Shown here piece after piece: positions 19,832 through 30,256 of a DNA stretch of 64,000 nt. Within the stretch, counting starts at the first letter, position 1. Each line of letters begins with the position of its first letter. The stretch is taken from the NCBI GenBank assembly GCA_040769165.1, contig JAXGLP010000001.1, positions 1,451,702-1,515,701 on the forward strand, written 5' to 3'. Below the pieces are notes generated by a model, which saw only the letters and a program-made list of their open reading frames with translations, searched no databases and was not told the origin of the DNA. This stretch comes from Armatimonadota bacterium. GTDB lineage: Bacteria > Armatimonadota > UBA5829 > DSUL01. The translations under genes and the position numbers were made by a program.

Positions 19832-20631
19832 GAAGATCCCTCCGTTCCCGGCGGCGCCTCGCCCAGGTACGCCTCAATCACCCCGGGGTCATTGCGGATG
19901 GCTTCCGGCGCCCCGGCGGCGATGAGCTTTCCATAGTCAAGAACGTAGATCGTCTCGCAGATGCCCATCACGAACCGCATGTCGTGCTCAATGAGTAGAA
20001 TGCTCAGAGAGCGCTCATCCCTGAGCCGCCGCAGGAGGTGCATCAGATCCTGCGTCTCCTGCGTGTTCAACCCGGCCGCGGGCTCGTCGAGCAAGAGCAC
20101 CGAAGGCCCCGGCGCAAGCGCACGCGCAATCTCGAGGCGCCGCTGCTCGCCATAGGGCAGACTTCGGGCGGGCACGTCCTTCCACCGCTCAATGCCGAGC
20201 ATTTCCAGGAGAGATACGGCCTGTGAGCGCAGCTCGCTCTCTCCAGCCCGCTGCCGTGCCCCCGAGAACAGCGCATCGGCAAGGGTCTGCGGCGAGCGCA
20301 GGTGCGAGCCGATGAGCACGTTGTCGAGCGCCGTGAGCGACCCGAACAGGCGGATGTTCTGGAACGTGCGGCAGATGCCATGGCGAGCCACCGCATGTGC
20401 GGGCAGCCCGGCAATCTCCTGCCCCATGAGCCTGATGCTGCCCGAATCCGGCTGGCAAAGCCCGGTAATCAGGTTGAAAACCGTCGTCTTGCCGGCGCCA
20501 TTCGGGCCAATGAGCCCGACAAGCCCACGCCCGGGCAGATCCAGCGAGAGTGCGTCCACGGCTACCAGTCCGCCGAAGCGCTTCGTCAGCTGGCGAATCT
20601 CAAGCAAGGCCACCGCCGGTCTCCTTGCCAC
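19828..20631 (-). CDS. livG: Branched-chain amino acid ABC transporter ATP-binding protein
   Basis: GPNGAGKTT, ...TFQNIRLF...; LivG-like. The start may be the downstream GTG, since the upstream start would overlap livM by ~30 nt. Confidence 0.8.
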
Positions 20632-21583
20632 GCGAACGAAGCGATGCCCAACTGAATTCGGAGGTGCCGAGCAGCCCCTGCGGCCGCACGAGCATGCAGA
20701 TCACCAGCAGCGCGGAGTAGATGACCATGCGGTAATCCGCGAACTCGCGCAGCGTCTCCGGAAGCACCGTCAGCACAACCGCCGCAATCACGGCCCCGGT
20801 CGTGCTGCCCAGCCCGCCCAGAACGACCATAATGATGATCTCGATGCTGCGGATGAAGTTGAACGAATCCGGCTGAAGATATCCGTCGAAGTGCGCATAG
20901 AGCGCTCCCGCGCAGCCGGCCATCGCCGCGCTGAGCACGAACGCCATCACTTTGTAGGATGTAATGTTGATCCCAAGCACGCTGGCCGCGGTCTCGTCGT
21001 CGCGCAGAGCCTGCAGCGCGCGTCCCTGCCGCGAATTCAGCAGGTTTCGCGACAGCCAGACGATGCCCACGGTGAACAGCCCGATCCAGAAGATCGAGTT
21101 GATGGGCGCGATAGAGAAGCCGCGAGCGCCGCCTACCCGGTCAATGTTGATGAAGATCACCCGGATCAGCTCGCCGAATCCAAGAGTCGCAATCGCGAGA
21201 TAGTCGCCGCGCAGGCGCAGCGACGGGAGCCCGACAATAAGCCCCGCGACAGCCGCGGCGACCGATCCGGCCACCACCGCAGCGAGCAGAACAGCACTGT
21301 CCGCGAGCCATGCAGGGAAGCTCGCCAGCCCGAGCGAGGCTTCCATCCACTCCCGGCCGAAATGGCTGAGCGACGCGCCCGTGTATGCCCCCACCGCATA
21401 GAAACCCGCATGCCCGATGGAGAACTGGCCAGCATACCCGTTGATGATGTTCAGGCTCACCGCCAGCATCACGCTGAAGCAGGAGAGCAGGAGCACACGC
21501 GAAACGTAGTGGTTGGGGTCAACGGTAAGCTGAAGCAGAAGCAGCAGCCCCAGGACAAGAAGTGCTTTGCCCCCTCGGAGCAT
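20600..21583 (-). CDS. livM: Branched-chain amino acid ABC transporter permease
   Basis: Polytopic membrane protein with LivM-type motifs (...NIINGYAGQFSIGHAGFYAVGAY...). Confidence 0.8.
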   Translation of the reverse strand: MLRGGKALLVLGLLLLLQLTVDPNHYVSRVLLLSCFSVMLAVSLNIINGYAGQFSIGHAGFYAVGAYTGASLSHFGREWMEASLGLASFPAWLADSAVLLAAVVAGSVAAAVAGLIVGLPSLRLRGDYLAIATLGFGELIRVIFINIDRVGGARGFSIAPINSIFWIGLFTVGIVWLSRNLLNSRQGRALQALRDDETAASVLGINITSYKVMAFVLSAAMAGCAGALYAHFDGYLQPDSFNFIRSIEIIIMVVLGGLGSTTGAVIAAVVLTVLPETLREFADYRMVIYSALLVICMLVRPQGLLGTSEFSWASLRSRGKETGGGLA

Positions 21584-21586
21584 CGG

Positions 21587-22489
21587 CTAGGCCCTGTCCG
21601 TGACGGGCGACCCGAACAGCCCGGTCGGCTTGACGATAAGGACGACGATGAGAATGGCGAACACGATGCCGTCGCGATAGCTGGACGCGAGATACCCGAC
21701 GACCATGATCTCCGCAATCCCCATCAGCAGGCCGCCGGCGATGGCCCCCCAGACATTCCCGATGCCTCCCAGAACCGCCGCCACAAAGGCCTTCAGTCCG
21801 GGCTGGACCCCCATAAACGGCAGGATCTGCGGATTGTTCATCGGGACGAGCACAGCGGCCGCTCCGGCAAGCGCCGACCCGAGCACGAAAGTGAATGAGA
21901 TGACGCGGTCAACGTTCACTCCCATCAACGAAGCGGCCTCTCTATCGAAACTGACCGCGCGCATGGCCCGGCCCATGGACGTGTGGTGGATAATGAACTG
22001 CAGTCCCAGCCCGAGCGCAAGCGAAACGGCAACGATGATAGCCTGCTGATTGCTGATAACGACGCCGCACGCGGAGACGACAGTGCGCGCGGGAACGAGC
22101 TGCGGGAACAGTCTCGGTTCCGACCCGAACGCGAGCTGAGCCGAATACTCGAGGAAGAGCGAGACGCCGATGGCCGCAATCAGAAGTGTCAGCCGCGGCG
22201 CCGCCCGCAGAGGCCGATACACGATCCGCTCAATTCCGTACCCGAGCAGTCCGCTTCCGGACATCGCGATGAGCATAACAACCAGCGCGCCTGCCGGCGA
22301 CCCCATCGCCAGCCCCCCCAGAGCCCCGGCTGTGAAGAACGCGACATACGCTCCCGCCATATACACATCGCCGTGCGCGAAATTGATGAGGCGTAGAATA
22401 CCGTAAACCATCGTGTAGCCGAGAGCAATGAGAGCGTACGCGCTTCCCCACACGATGCCGTTGACGAGTTGCTGAAGGAACTCCTGCAA
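21587..22489 (-). CDS. livH: Branched-chain amino acid ABC transporter permease
   Basis: MQEFLQQLVNGIVWGSAYALIALGYTMVYGILRLINFAHGDVYM..., typical LivH. Confidence 0.85.
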   Translation of the reverse strand: MQEFLQQLVNGIVWGSAYALIALGYTMVYGILRLINFAHGDVYMAGAYVAFFTAGALGGLAMGSPAGALVVMLIAMSGSGLLGYGIERIVYRPLRAAPRLTLLIAAIGVSLFLEYSAQLAFGSEPRLFPQLVPARTVVSACGVVISNQQAIIVAVSLALGLGLQFIIHHTSMGRAMRAVSFDREAASLMGVNVDRVISFTFVLGSALAGAAAVLVPMNNPQILPFMGVQPGLKAFVAAVLGGIGNVWGAIAGGLLMGIAEIMVVGYLASSYRDGIVFAILIVVLIVKPTGLFGSPVTDRA

Positions 22490-22520
22490 CTACGGCGTTC
22501 CCGTCTCCCGGGTCAAGTTG

Positions 22521-23663
22521 TCACTTGCGCGGCTCAATGGTTGTTACGTAGTGAACGGCCTTCCCGCGAATCTGCAGCACCACAGCCGATTTCTCGGCGT
22601 TCCGCTCGGGGTTTATCGTTATCTTGCCGGTAACCGCCGGATAGTCCTTCGTCTGGGCAATCTGCTTGCGGATTGTCGCCGGCTCGAGATCTTCCGAGCG
22701 CCTCATCGCTTCGGCCAGTATCCACGCCGCATCGTAGCCGAGAGCAGCCAGAGAGTTCGGCGCATGCCCGTAGCGCTTCGTGAACGACTGGACGAACTTG
22801 CGTACGTGCGGCTCATCGGAATCGGCGGAGTAGTGGTCGCTATGGTAGCAGCCCTCCAGAGAGTTGCCCGCGCGCTCAATGAGGCTCGCCGACGTCCAGC
22901 CGTCGCCGCCCATCATCGGGACCGTGATACCCAGTTCACGGGCCTTGCGTCCAATAAGAGCGACCTCCGTGTAATACCCCGGGACGTAGATCACATCGGG
23001 GTTCGTCGCGCGTATCTTCGTGAGCTGCGAGCTGAAGTCTATGTCCCCGGCGCGAAAGACCACATCACAGACGATCTTGCCGCCCATCTTCGGGAACTCC
23101 TCTTTGAAGACCTCCGCAAGGCCGGTGCTGTAGTCGGAGCCGTTGTCCCAGAGCACGGCCGCCGTCTTCGCGTTCAGATGCTCCGCGGCAAAACGCGCCA
23201 TCACGTAGCCCTGAAACGGGTCAATGAAGCATACGCGGAAGATGTTGTCGCCCGCTCTGGTAACTTCGGGGTTCGTGGACGAGGGGCTGATCATGGGGAT
23301 CTTGCGCATCTGCGCGACGGGCGCGGCGGCCAGGCTGTTGGAGCTGGCGACATCGCCGAGCAGGGCCACCACGCCGCTCTGGTCAACGAGCTTCGTGACG
23401 GCCGTGCGAGCCTCGGCGGGAATTCCCCGGTCGTCCTCGATGACCAGCTTCATCGGCTTGCCGTTGATGCCCCCCGCGGCGTTGATCTCGTCCACGGCGA
23501 GCTGGATGCCGTCCCTGGTGGTGAGTCCGAAGTCCGCTGTCGGACCCGTGAGAGGCATAAAGACGCCCACGAGCGGCTCGGACGAGCGCTTCGCGCAGCC
23601 TGCCAGGAGCCCCGCCGCAATAGCGGCGCAAAGAAGCGCCGCGCCGTGCCGTCGAATGTGCAT
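22521..23663 (-). CDS. livK: Branched-chain amino acid ABC transporter substrate-binding lipoprotein
   Basis: Start at ATG 23663 (GGAGGAA RBS) inside the longer track ORF. Lipoprotein signal ...LLAGC. Periplasmic binding protein type I fold motifs. Confidence 0.8.
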   Translation of the reverse strand: MHIRRHGAALLCAAIAAGLLAGCAKRSSEPLVGVFMPLTGPTADFGLTTRDGIQLAVDEINAAGGINGKPMKLVIEDDRGIPAEARTAVTKLVDQSGVVALLGDVASSNSLAAAPVAQMRKIPMISPSSTNPEVTRAGDNIFRVCFIDPFQGYVMARFAAEHLNAKTAAVLWDNGSDYSTGLAEVFKEEFPKMGGKIVCDVVFRAGDIDFSSQLTKIRATNPDVIYVPGYYTEVALIGRKARELGITVPMMGGDGWTSASLIERAGNSLEGCYHSDHYSADSDEPHVRKFVQSFTKRYGHAPNSLAALGYDAAWILAEAMRRSEDLEPATIRKQIAQTKDYPAVTGKITINPERNAEKSAVVLQIRGKAVHYVTTIEPRK

Positions 23664-23703
23664 GGTGTTCCTCCCCGTGCTCCGAGGGGGAGGAGGCAGT
23701 GTG

Positions 23704-24576
23704 CTACTCCCCACCCTGCAGAGCCGCCCTGATACTTCTTATGTGCGGTGGAGTGCTCCCGCAGCACCCGCCGACGATTTTGCAGCCCGCGGCCACGAAC
23801 GCTGGAGCATACTCACCAAAGGATTCCGGCGACTGCCCGTACACCGTCGTCCCATCCGGAGCTGTCTCCGGAAGACCCGCGTTCGGCTGGGCGATCAGCG
23901 CACCCGCGCCCGCCGCGCGCAGCGCCTCGATAATAGGGAGCATCTCATCCGGCCCCGTGCTGCAGTTTGCTCCGAATGCCAGCAGCCCCAGCCCGGCAAC
24001 CGCCTCCCAGGCCTGCGCCGGAGAGGTTCCCATCATCGTGCGCCCACCCGAGTCGAAAGTCATTGTCGCGAGCGCCGGGACGCCCAGTCCGCTGGCCGAC
24101 TTCACGGCGATTGCGAGTTCGGCCGCATCGTAGAATGTCTCAAACAATAGCGCATCAGCACCCGCGCTGGCAAGCGCCTCCGCATGTGCCCCGTACAGGG
24201 CGGCCGCGTCCTCCGCCGTCAGGTCTCCATACGGCTCGAGGAGCACGCCCAGAGGGCCGATTGACCCCACGACAGCCGCGTCACCCCCCGCGGCCCGGCG
24301 AGCGATCTCGACCGCCTTCGCATTGAGTTCATCGGCCCGGCACTCAGCGCCATACTGCGCCAGCTTGTGCCGGGAGCCTCCGAAGCTGTTCGTCGTGAGC
24401 AGCTCCGCGCCAGCTTCGATGTAGGCCGTGTGCACAGCTAGAACGTCGTCGGGCCTCTCGGCGTTCCAGAGTTCAGGACACGCGCCCACGCGCAAACCGC
24501 GAGCCTGCAGCATCGTGCCCATCGCCCCATCCGAAATCAGGTAATCCCGCTCGCGCAGCGCGCGTTCAATGTCCAT
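23704..24576 (-). CDS. Homocysteine S-methyltransferase domain protein (MmuM/MetH N-terminal-like)
   Basis: MDIERALRERDYLISDGAMGTMLQ...; Zn-binding Cys pair ...GGCCGSTP near the C-terminus. Confidence 0.75.
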   Translation of the reverse strand: MDIERALRERDYLISDGAMGTMLQARGLRVGACPELWNAERPDDVLAVHTAYIEAGAELLTTNSFGGSRHKLAQYGAECRADELNAKAVEIARRAAGGDAAVVGSIGPLGVLLEPYGDLTAEDAAALYGAHAEALASAGADALLFETFYDAAELAIAVKSASGLGVPALATMTFDSGGRTMMGTSPAQAWEAVAGLGLLAFGANCSTGPDEMLPIIEALRAAGAGALIAQPNAGLPETAPDGTTVYGQSPESFGEYAPAFVAAGCKIVGGCCGSTPPHIRSIRAALQGGE

Positions 24577-24578
24577 CG

Positions 24579-25667
24579 TCAGTTCTCCACAAAGAGCGAT
24601 CGTCCGTCCACGATGTATGCGCTCATCTCGATCTGAGATATCAGGCAGCAGATCGTGGACTCAGCGCCCTGGTTCGAGTTGCGGCCGGTCGCCATCAGAC
24701 CGTCGAAGCATCCTCCGGTGACAGGGTCGTGCACCGGCACACCAAGCGCATTGTGTCCGAAAAACCAGTCAAATGAGACCTTCGCCAACTCCAGATACTT
24801 CGGCGCGCCCGTAACTCGGAACCCCGCCACGGCGGCAAGGATCATCATCATGACGTCCACCGGCTGCTGATCGAACCACGCACGCTCGCGTCCCTTGAAA
24901 TACCACCCGTTGCACCCGACGACCTGCAGCATCCCGTCTATGATGCACTGCTTTTCGAGGAATGCGTAACTCTCCCGAGCCACCTCCAGATACCTGGTGT
25001 TTCCCGTGGTCTCGTACGAGCAAAACAGCGCAAGGGGCATGAGCGCGTTCGAGTAAGTCAGATACGGCTCGAACCACTCCCACCCCGGGCCGGCCTGGTT
25101 CTCATAGTCGCGAACAACCGAATCGGCCAGCGCGCGAACCCTGTCCACGGCCTCGGGCACGTAACCTGCGCCGATGGCCAGCGTCATGCCGAGCAGGCTG
25201 TAGCACCGCCCCCTGAGAGCGCTCATCGTCTCCGGGTAAGGCAGCGCGGGGACGAGCAGCTCGTGCGCAACCTGTTTGACATTGTCGTGGATGTTCGCCG
25301 CCAGGCACTGGCCCAGGCTCCACAGTGTGCGCCCCAGGCAGTCCTCCGACCCCTCACCGTCGAGGAATATCTGCTCAAAGCCCATAAAGTTGTGGAACTT
25401 GCCGTTCGTGAGCTGAGCATAGTGCACGAAACTGAGGTACGTGCTGACCAGGCGCAGAGATCGCCGCGAGCCCGTGATCTCGTGATGCCGCACCGCGGCG
25501 ACGAGCGCGCGGCAGTTGTCGTCCGTGCAGTAGCCCATCCGCCGGTTGGGAATCGAGTAGATGGCGTGCTGGATGACGCCCGTCCGGTCCGTGAGCGTCT
25601 CGAGGTGGCCCAGACTGATCTCGGGGTAGTGCCCGTCAATGAGCGGAGCGGCGTGTGGCGCAGACAT
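24579..25667 (-). CDS. Hypothetical protein; possible (alpha/alpha)6-toroid glycoside-hydrolase-like fold
   Basis: 362-aa ORF coupled by 3 nt to the downstream gene and 21 nt after the GT4 gene. No family recognised with confidence; the fold suggestion is an inference from composition and helical periodicity only. Confidence 0.4.
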   Translation of the reverse strand: MSAPHAAPLIDGHYPEISLGHLETLTDRTGVIQHAIYSIPNRRMGYCTDDNCRALVAAVRHHEITGSRRSLRLVSTYLSFVHYAQLTNGKFHNFMGFEQIFLDGEGSEDCLGRTLWSLGQCLAANIHDNVKQVAHELLVPALPYPETMSALRGRCYSLLGMTLAIGAGYVPEAVDRVRALADSVVRDYENQAGPGWEWFEPYLTYSNALMPLALFCSYETTGNTRYLEVARESYAFLEKQCIIDGMLQVVGCNGWYFKGRERAWFDQQPVDVMMMILAAVAGFRVTGAPKYLELAKVSFDWFFGHNALGVPVHDPVTGGCFDGLMATGRNSNQGAESTICCLISQIEMSAYIVDGRSLFVEN

Positions 25668-25688
25668 GGGTCCAGGTGGCGCGAACGC

Positions 25689-26996
25689 CTAAGCCTGCGC
25701 CCTTTCCGTGTGCTCCTCCACCACCTTCCGGAAAAGCGACAGGTAGTCCACCGCCACGTTGAACCAGGCCGCCCTCCGGCCGTACCTATAAGCGGCGTCC
25801 TCGATCTGAACTCGGCGCTCAGGATTCGCCAGAACCTCGATAATGGCTCTGGCCATGGCATCGGGGTCGCAGAAGTCCACCAGCATGCCGCGGCCGTCGG
25901 CCAGCACCTCCTCGGCGTACAGGTACTTCGTCGAAACGATGGCGCGCCCGCATCCCAGCGCATACGCAAGCGTCCCCGAAACGATCTGGTCCTTGTTGAC
26001 GTACGGCGTTATGTAGACGTCGGTTGCGGAAAGGTAGCGCACCAGTTCGCGAAGGGTGAGGAATCGGTTGTTAAACTTCACGTGCTCGTGGAGGTCGAGT
26101 TCGTCCAGCAAGCCCACGAGCATCTGGCGGTAGCTTTCGCCTTCATGGCTCCGGACGCCGGGATGGGTCTGGCCGAGCACGAGATAAAGCACATCCGGGA
26201 ACTTCTTGCGCACCTCCGCAATGGCGCGTATGGCGTACTCGATGCCCTTGCCCCGGCTGATAAGCCCGAACGTCGAGATGATATCGCGCCCCGGCATCCC
26301 CAGATCGCGCTTCACGATGTCCGCCGGAATCCGGTGCACGTTCGGGACGCCGTGCGGGATGAGAGAAATCTTCTCGGGAGGGATTCCGTACACTTCCTGC
26401 AGGATGTCCGCGCCGAGCTTCACCATCACCACGATGCCACTCGACAGCTCGCCCAGGCGCTGCACGATGCGCTTCTGATTGTCACCCGGGTTCTGGAGGA
26501 TGGTATGCATGGTGAGCACGAACGGCTTGGCCAGCCGCTCGGCGAAGTCGAGCACATACTCCCCGTCCGGCCCGCCGAATATCCCGTATTCGTGCTGCAG
26601 GCTCACGACGCTCGCCGAAGACTCGTTAAGAAAGTCGGCGCCCGCGGTGTGGCTGTCCAGGCTTCGGTCGAATATCTGGAAGCGCACCTCGCGCGGGTAC
26701 TGCTCGATTTCGTCGCCCTTGCTCATCGCCACCACCAGCTTGCGGGAGAATGGCGTGAACTTGTCTATCGCCGACGACAGGTCTTTCGTGAACGTCGCGA
26801 TGCCGCACTCGCGCGGAGGATACGTGGCCACGTAAGCGACATCCATGTTGTTCATGGTGTCGCGCAGGTAGCGGAAAAGCGTCTTGTCCGAAGACTCCAG
26901 CCATCCCACTTCGGCATTCAGCCCGCGCTCATCCTCGATGAACGCTCCCGGACGCGGCCCGCGCTTGCGGATTTTGCTCAGATCCTGTGTTGTCAC
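25689..26996 (-). CDS. Glycosyltransferase family 4 (GT4)
   Basis: 435 aa, GT-B fold. N-terminal domain VATYPPRECGIATF. C-terminal EX7E-like region (...GRAIVSTKYLYAEEVLADGRGMLVD...). Confidence 0.75.
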   Translation of the reverse strand: MTTQDLSKIRKRGPRPGAFIEDERGLNAEVGWLESSDKTLFRYLRDTMNNMDVAYVATYPPRECGIATFTKDLSSAIDKFTPFSRKLVVAMSKGDEIEQYPREVRFQIFDRSLDSHTAGADFLNESSASVVSLQHEYGIFGGPDGEYVLDFAERLAKPFVLTMHTILQNPGDNQKRIVQRLGELSSGIVVMVKLGADILQEVYGIPPEKISLIPHGVPNVHRIPADIVKRDLGMPGRDIISTFGLISRGKGIEYAIRAIAEVRKKFPDVLYLVLGQTHPGVRSHEGESYRQMLVGLLDELDLHEHVKFNNRFLTLRELVRYLSATDVYITPYVNKDQIVSGTLAYALGCGRAIVSTKYLYAEEVLADGRGMLVDFCDPDAMARAIIEVLANPERRVQIEDAAYRYGRRAAWFNVAVDYLSLFRKVVEEHTERAQA

Positions 26997-27371
26997 TTAT
27001 TGAACCACCTCGGAAACAGAAGGCCCCTCAAGCGCCGCACAGGCTGCCTCGACGCTCTCGAAAATCGGGAATACCCTCACCAGGCCTGTGATCTCGAAGA
27101 CCCTGGTCACCTGCGGTTTCGAGCATACGATGAGAATCCGCCCGTGCTGCTCGCTTGCTCTCTTCAAGCCGCCAACAAGCGCGCCCAGTCCGGAGGAGTC
27201 AATATACTCGACGCGTTCCATCGAGATAATGAGATCCTTCCTTCCCGTTCCAAGCGCGCTGATCATTGCTTCTCGGAAGCTGGGAGAGGTATAGGCGTCC
27301 ACCTCGCCCGTCAACTCGAGGACGGAAGTCGGTCCGTCCCGGCGCTCTGATATCTGAAGTTCACCCTGCAA
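26997..27371 (-). CDS. STAS-domain anti-sigma-factor antagonist (SpoIIAA-like)
   Basis: 124 aa, ...LELTGEVDAYTSPSFREAM...VEYIDSSGLGALV... typical STAS. Overlaps the GT4 gene end by 1 nt. Confidence 0.8.
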   Translation of the reverse strand: MQGELQISERRDGPTSVLELTGEVDAYTSPSFREAMISALGTGRKDLIISMERVEYIDSSGLGALVGGLKRASEQHGRILIVCSKPQVTRVFEITGLVRVFPIFESVEAACAALEGPSVSEVVQ

Positions 27372-27474
27372 TGCTCAAACCTCCTTTAGCGGCTGCGGAC
27401 AGCAATCCTCCGCCAGGCCCGTGATTACATAGGCCCGCGGGCTCCGCAGTGAGGCAGAGCGCTTTAGATCGCCG

Positions 27475-28533
27475 TCACTGCCGCCGAATCATCTGCCTGA
27501 GCTCGGTCAGGTTTCCCGCGTTCGCAAGGGCATCCTGCTCGGATATGAGCCCCTGCTTGAAATACTTGTCCAGACACTGGTTCATCGTCTGCATCCCATA
27601 GTAGTCACCCTCGCTGATCGCCGAGTAGAGCTGCCCCGAGCGGCCCTCCTCAATCAGCTTCACCGTTGTCGGGGTGGCTACCAGCACCTCGATAGCCGCA
27701 ATCCGTCCCGGCCCCGGATGCCGCGGGAGCAGCTTCTGGGACACGATGCCCATCAGCGAAGTCGAGAGACGCAGACAGATTTGCATCTTCTGATGCGGCG
27801 GGAACATGTTGATGATGCGCTCCATCGTGTCCCCGGCGCTGGTGGTGTGGACCGTCGAAAAGACCAGGTGCCCTGTTTCCGCCGCGGCCAGCGCAACGTT
27901 CATTGTCTCCACGTCACGCATCTCACCGATGAGGATGATGTCCGGGCTCTGCCGCACCACGTACTTGAGCGCATCGCTAAACGAATCGGTGTCAATGCTG
28001 ACTTCGCGCTGGCTGACGATGGACTTCTTGTCGGGATGCACGAACTCGATCGGGTCTTCGACGGTCACGATGTTGGTCGCCCGGTTCTGGTTGATGAGGT
28101 CAATCATCGCCGCCAGGGTGGTGGATTTCCCCGAACCCGTGGGCCCAGTTACGAGTATCAGCCCCTGCCGCAATCTGGCGAGTTCCGCAACTACCGGAGG
28201 CATACCCAGATCTTCAAGGCTGTACAGTTTGAGGGGAATCAGCCTGAGCACCAGTCCAAGCGTGCCGCGCTGCTGGTAAACGTTCACTCGGAACCTGCAG
28301 AGGTCCCTGTAGGTGAACGCGAGGTCCATCTCGTGCCGCTTCTCGAACAGGGCAATCTGCTCGGGGCTCATAATCCCGTAAGCCACCTCCCGAACTTCTT
28401 CGGGGGTGAGGCTCGCGAGATCGGTGCCGTGGACGCGGCCATCCACGCGAAGCGCAGGCGGGGAGTCGGCCTTCAGGAACAGGTCGGACGCGCGCGCGTC
28501 GTAGGCCATCTTCAGCAGATCGTCAAGCACCAT
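27475..28533 (-). CDS. pilT: Type IV pilus retraction ATPase
   Basis: Start at ATG 28533 inside the longer track ORF. Walker A GPTGSGKST. PilT motifs (VEDPIEF, ...GEMRD...HLVFSTVHT). Confidence 0.85.
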   Translation of the reverse strand: MVLDDLLKMAYDARASDLFLKADSPPALRVDGRVHGTDLASLTPEEVREVAYGIMSPEQIALFEKRHEMDLAFTYRDLCRFRVNVYQQRGTLGLVLRLIPLKLYSLEDLGMPPVVAELARLRQGLILVTGPTGSGKSTTLAAMIDLINQNRATNIVTVEDPIEFVHPDKKSIVSQREVSIDTDSFSDALKYVVRQSPDIILIGEMRDVETMNVALAAAETGHLVFSTVHTTSAGDTMERIINMFPPHQKMQICLRLSTSLMGIVSQKLLPRHPGPGRIAAIEVLVATPTTVKLIEEGRSGQLYSAISEGDYYGMQTMNQCLDKYFKQGLISEQDALANAGNLTELRQMIRRQ

Positions 28534-28760
28534 AGAGAAGCCGGAATCCTTTCGTACAGGCGGGCTGGAGTGCCGGGCGCCGGGCCCCGAATGCGAGCGG
28601 CCGCAAAGCCAAAGAAAAAACGAGAGCCTGACCGCGCAAGCTGAAGCGCTGGCTCCCGTCGAGATCTCTGGACCAGACTGGGACACCCCTCCAGCCAGGG
28701 CCTGACAGATTATAGCCCATGCCCGGCCGCCCCTGCAATCACGTGCGGCTGGCCGCTTAC

Positions 28761-30182
28761 TTACGGACCCAGCATTTCACCCGGCCGCACTGTCGCGTCG
28801 TACTCCTCGGGGGTGACATATCCGAGCGCCACGGCGGCCTCGCGCAGAGACACGCCCTCGCTGTGAGCTTTGTGCGCCACCTCCGCCGCCCGGTCGTAGC
28901 CGATGCGCGGCGAGAGCGCCGTCACAAGCATCAACGAGTTCGCCAGGTGCTCGCCGATGCGGCGGGTGTTTGCCTGCATACCCCGCACAAGATGCCGCTC
29001 GAACGACCGGCACGCGCCCGCCAGCAACCGCGCCGAGTTCAACACGTTGAAGATGATCACGGGCTTGAAGACGTTCAACTCGAAGTTGCCCTGCGACCCC
29101 GCGAAACCGACCGCCACGTCGTTGCCCATCACCTGCACGCACACCATCGTCATCGCCTCGCACTGAGTGGGGTTTACCTTCCCGGGCATGATGGACGACC
29201 CGGGCTCGTTCTCCGGAAGGAGGATCTCACCCAGGCCGCAGCGTGGACCCGAGGCAAGCCAGCGGATGTCGTTGGCGATCTTCATGAGCGAGCACGCGAG
29301 CGTCTTGAGGGCGCCGCTTGCCATGACCAGAGCGTCATGCGCCGCCAGAGCGGCGAACTTGTTCGGGGCGCTTGCGAACGGCAGCGAGGTCTGAGCGGCG
29401 ATGTTGGCCGCTACGCGCCCGGCAAACTCGGGGTGCGTGTTGAGGCCCGTCCCCACTGCTGTTCCACCGGCGGCAATCTCGTAGAGCTTCGGCAGGACGC
29501 CCTCGAGTCTCTCAATATCATCGTCCAGCTGGGACACCCAGCCGGAGAACTCCTGCCCCAGCGTCAGCGGCACCGCATCCATGAGGTGCGTGCGCCCGAT
29601 CTTGATGATGTCCCCGAACTCGCGCGCCTTCGCATCGAGCGAGTCACGGAGTGCTTTCACAGCCGGAAGCAGCTCGCGAACGATCTGCTCGGATGCGGCG
29701 ATGTGCATTGCGGTGGGAAACGTATCGTTCGAGGACTGCGACATGTTCACGTCGTCGTTCGGGTGCACCGGGCTGCGGGTCCCGAGGATTCCTCCCGCCA
29801 GCTGGATGGCCCTGTTCGCGATGACCTCGTTGGCGTTCATGTTCGTCTGCGTCCCGCTGCCGGTCTGCCACACTCGCAAGGGGAAGTGATCGTCCAGCAG
29901 CCCTTGAGTTACCTCGTCAGCGGCCTGCACAATCCAGCGCGCCTTATCGCCGCTCAGCTTGCCCAGACTGGCGTTCACCTCCGCCGCCGCCCGTTTCAGG
30001 ATTCCGAACGCGCGGATCATCTCGCGCGGCATCACATCCGCGCCGATGTCGAAGTGCGCCAGGGAGCGCTGAGTCTGCGCCCCCCAGTAGCGATCGGACG
30101 GGACCTGAACGGTCCCCATACTGTCACACTCGGCCCGGAACTCCCCCGGCTGGCTGTTCGTCGGCTGCATCTTCCTTCGCAT
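28761..30182 (-). CDS. fumC: Fumarate hydratase class II
   Basis: ...[25 protein letters not shown]..., [16 protein letters not shown] signature. Start ambiguous (30194, 30182 or 30170); none has ideal RBS spacing. Confidence 0.9.
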   Translation of the reverse strand: MRRKMQPTNSQPGEFRAECDSMGTVQVPSDRYWGAQTQRSLAHFDIGADVMPREMIRAFGILKRAAAEVNASLGKLSGDKARWIVQAADEVTQGLLDDHFPLRVWQTGSGTQTNMNANEVIANRAIQLAGGILGTRSPVHPNDDVNMSQSSNDTFPTAMHIAASEQIVRELLPAVKALRDSLDAKAREFGDIIKIGRTHLMDAVPLTLGQEFSGWVSQLDDDIERLEGVLPKLYEIAAGGTAVGTGLNTHPEFAGRVAANIAAQTSLPFASAPNKFAALAAHDALVMASGALKTLACSLMKIANDIRWLASGPRCGLGEILLPENEPGSSIMPGKVNPTQCEAMTMVCVQVMGNDVAVGFAGSQGNFELNVFKPVIIFNVLNSARLLAGACRSFERHLVRGMQANTRRIGEHLANSLMLVTALSPRIGYDRAAEVAHKAHSEGVSLREAAVALGYVTPEEYDATVRPGEMLGP

Positions 30183-30256
30183 CCCCTTCGTCAAGGTCTG
30201 CCGGGCATGCTAACGGACAAGGCCGGGGGCGCGCAAGCCTTGTGCGGCAGTGCTCC

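Noticed and set aside
20600-20631. livG/livM 32-nt overlap as a possible frameshift or pseudogene
   Set aside because: Both reading frames are intact and full-length. The overlap disappears if livG starts at the downstream GTG (VALLEIRQL...), as in homologs.
28534-28686. 51-codon N-terminal extension of pilT in the track ORF
   Set aside because: Not conserved in PilT. The internal ATG at 28533 aligns with the PilT N-terminus and has an RBS.
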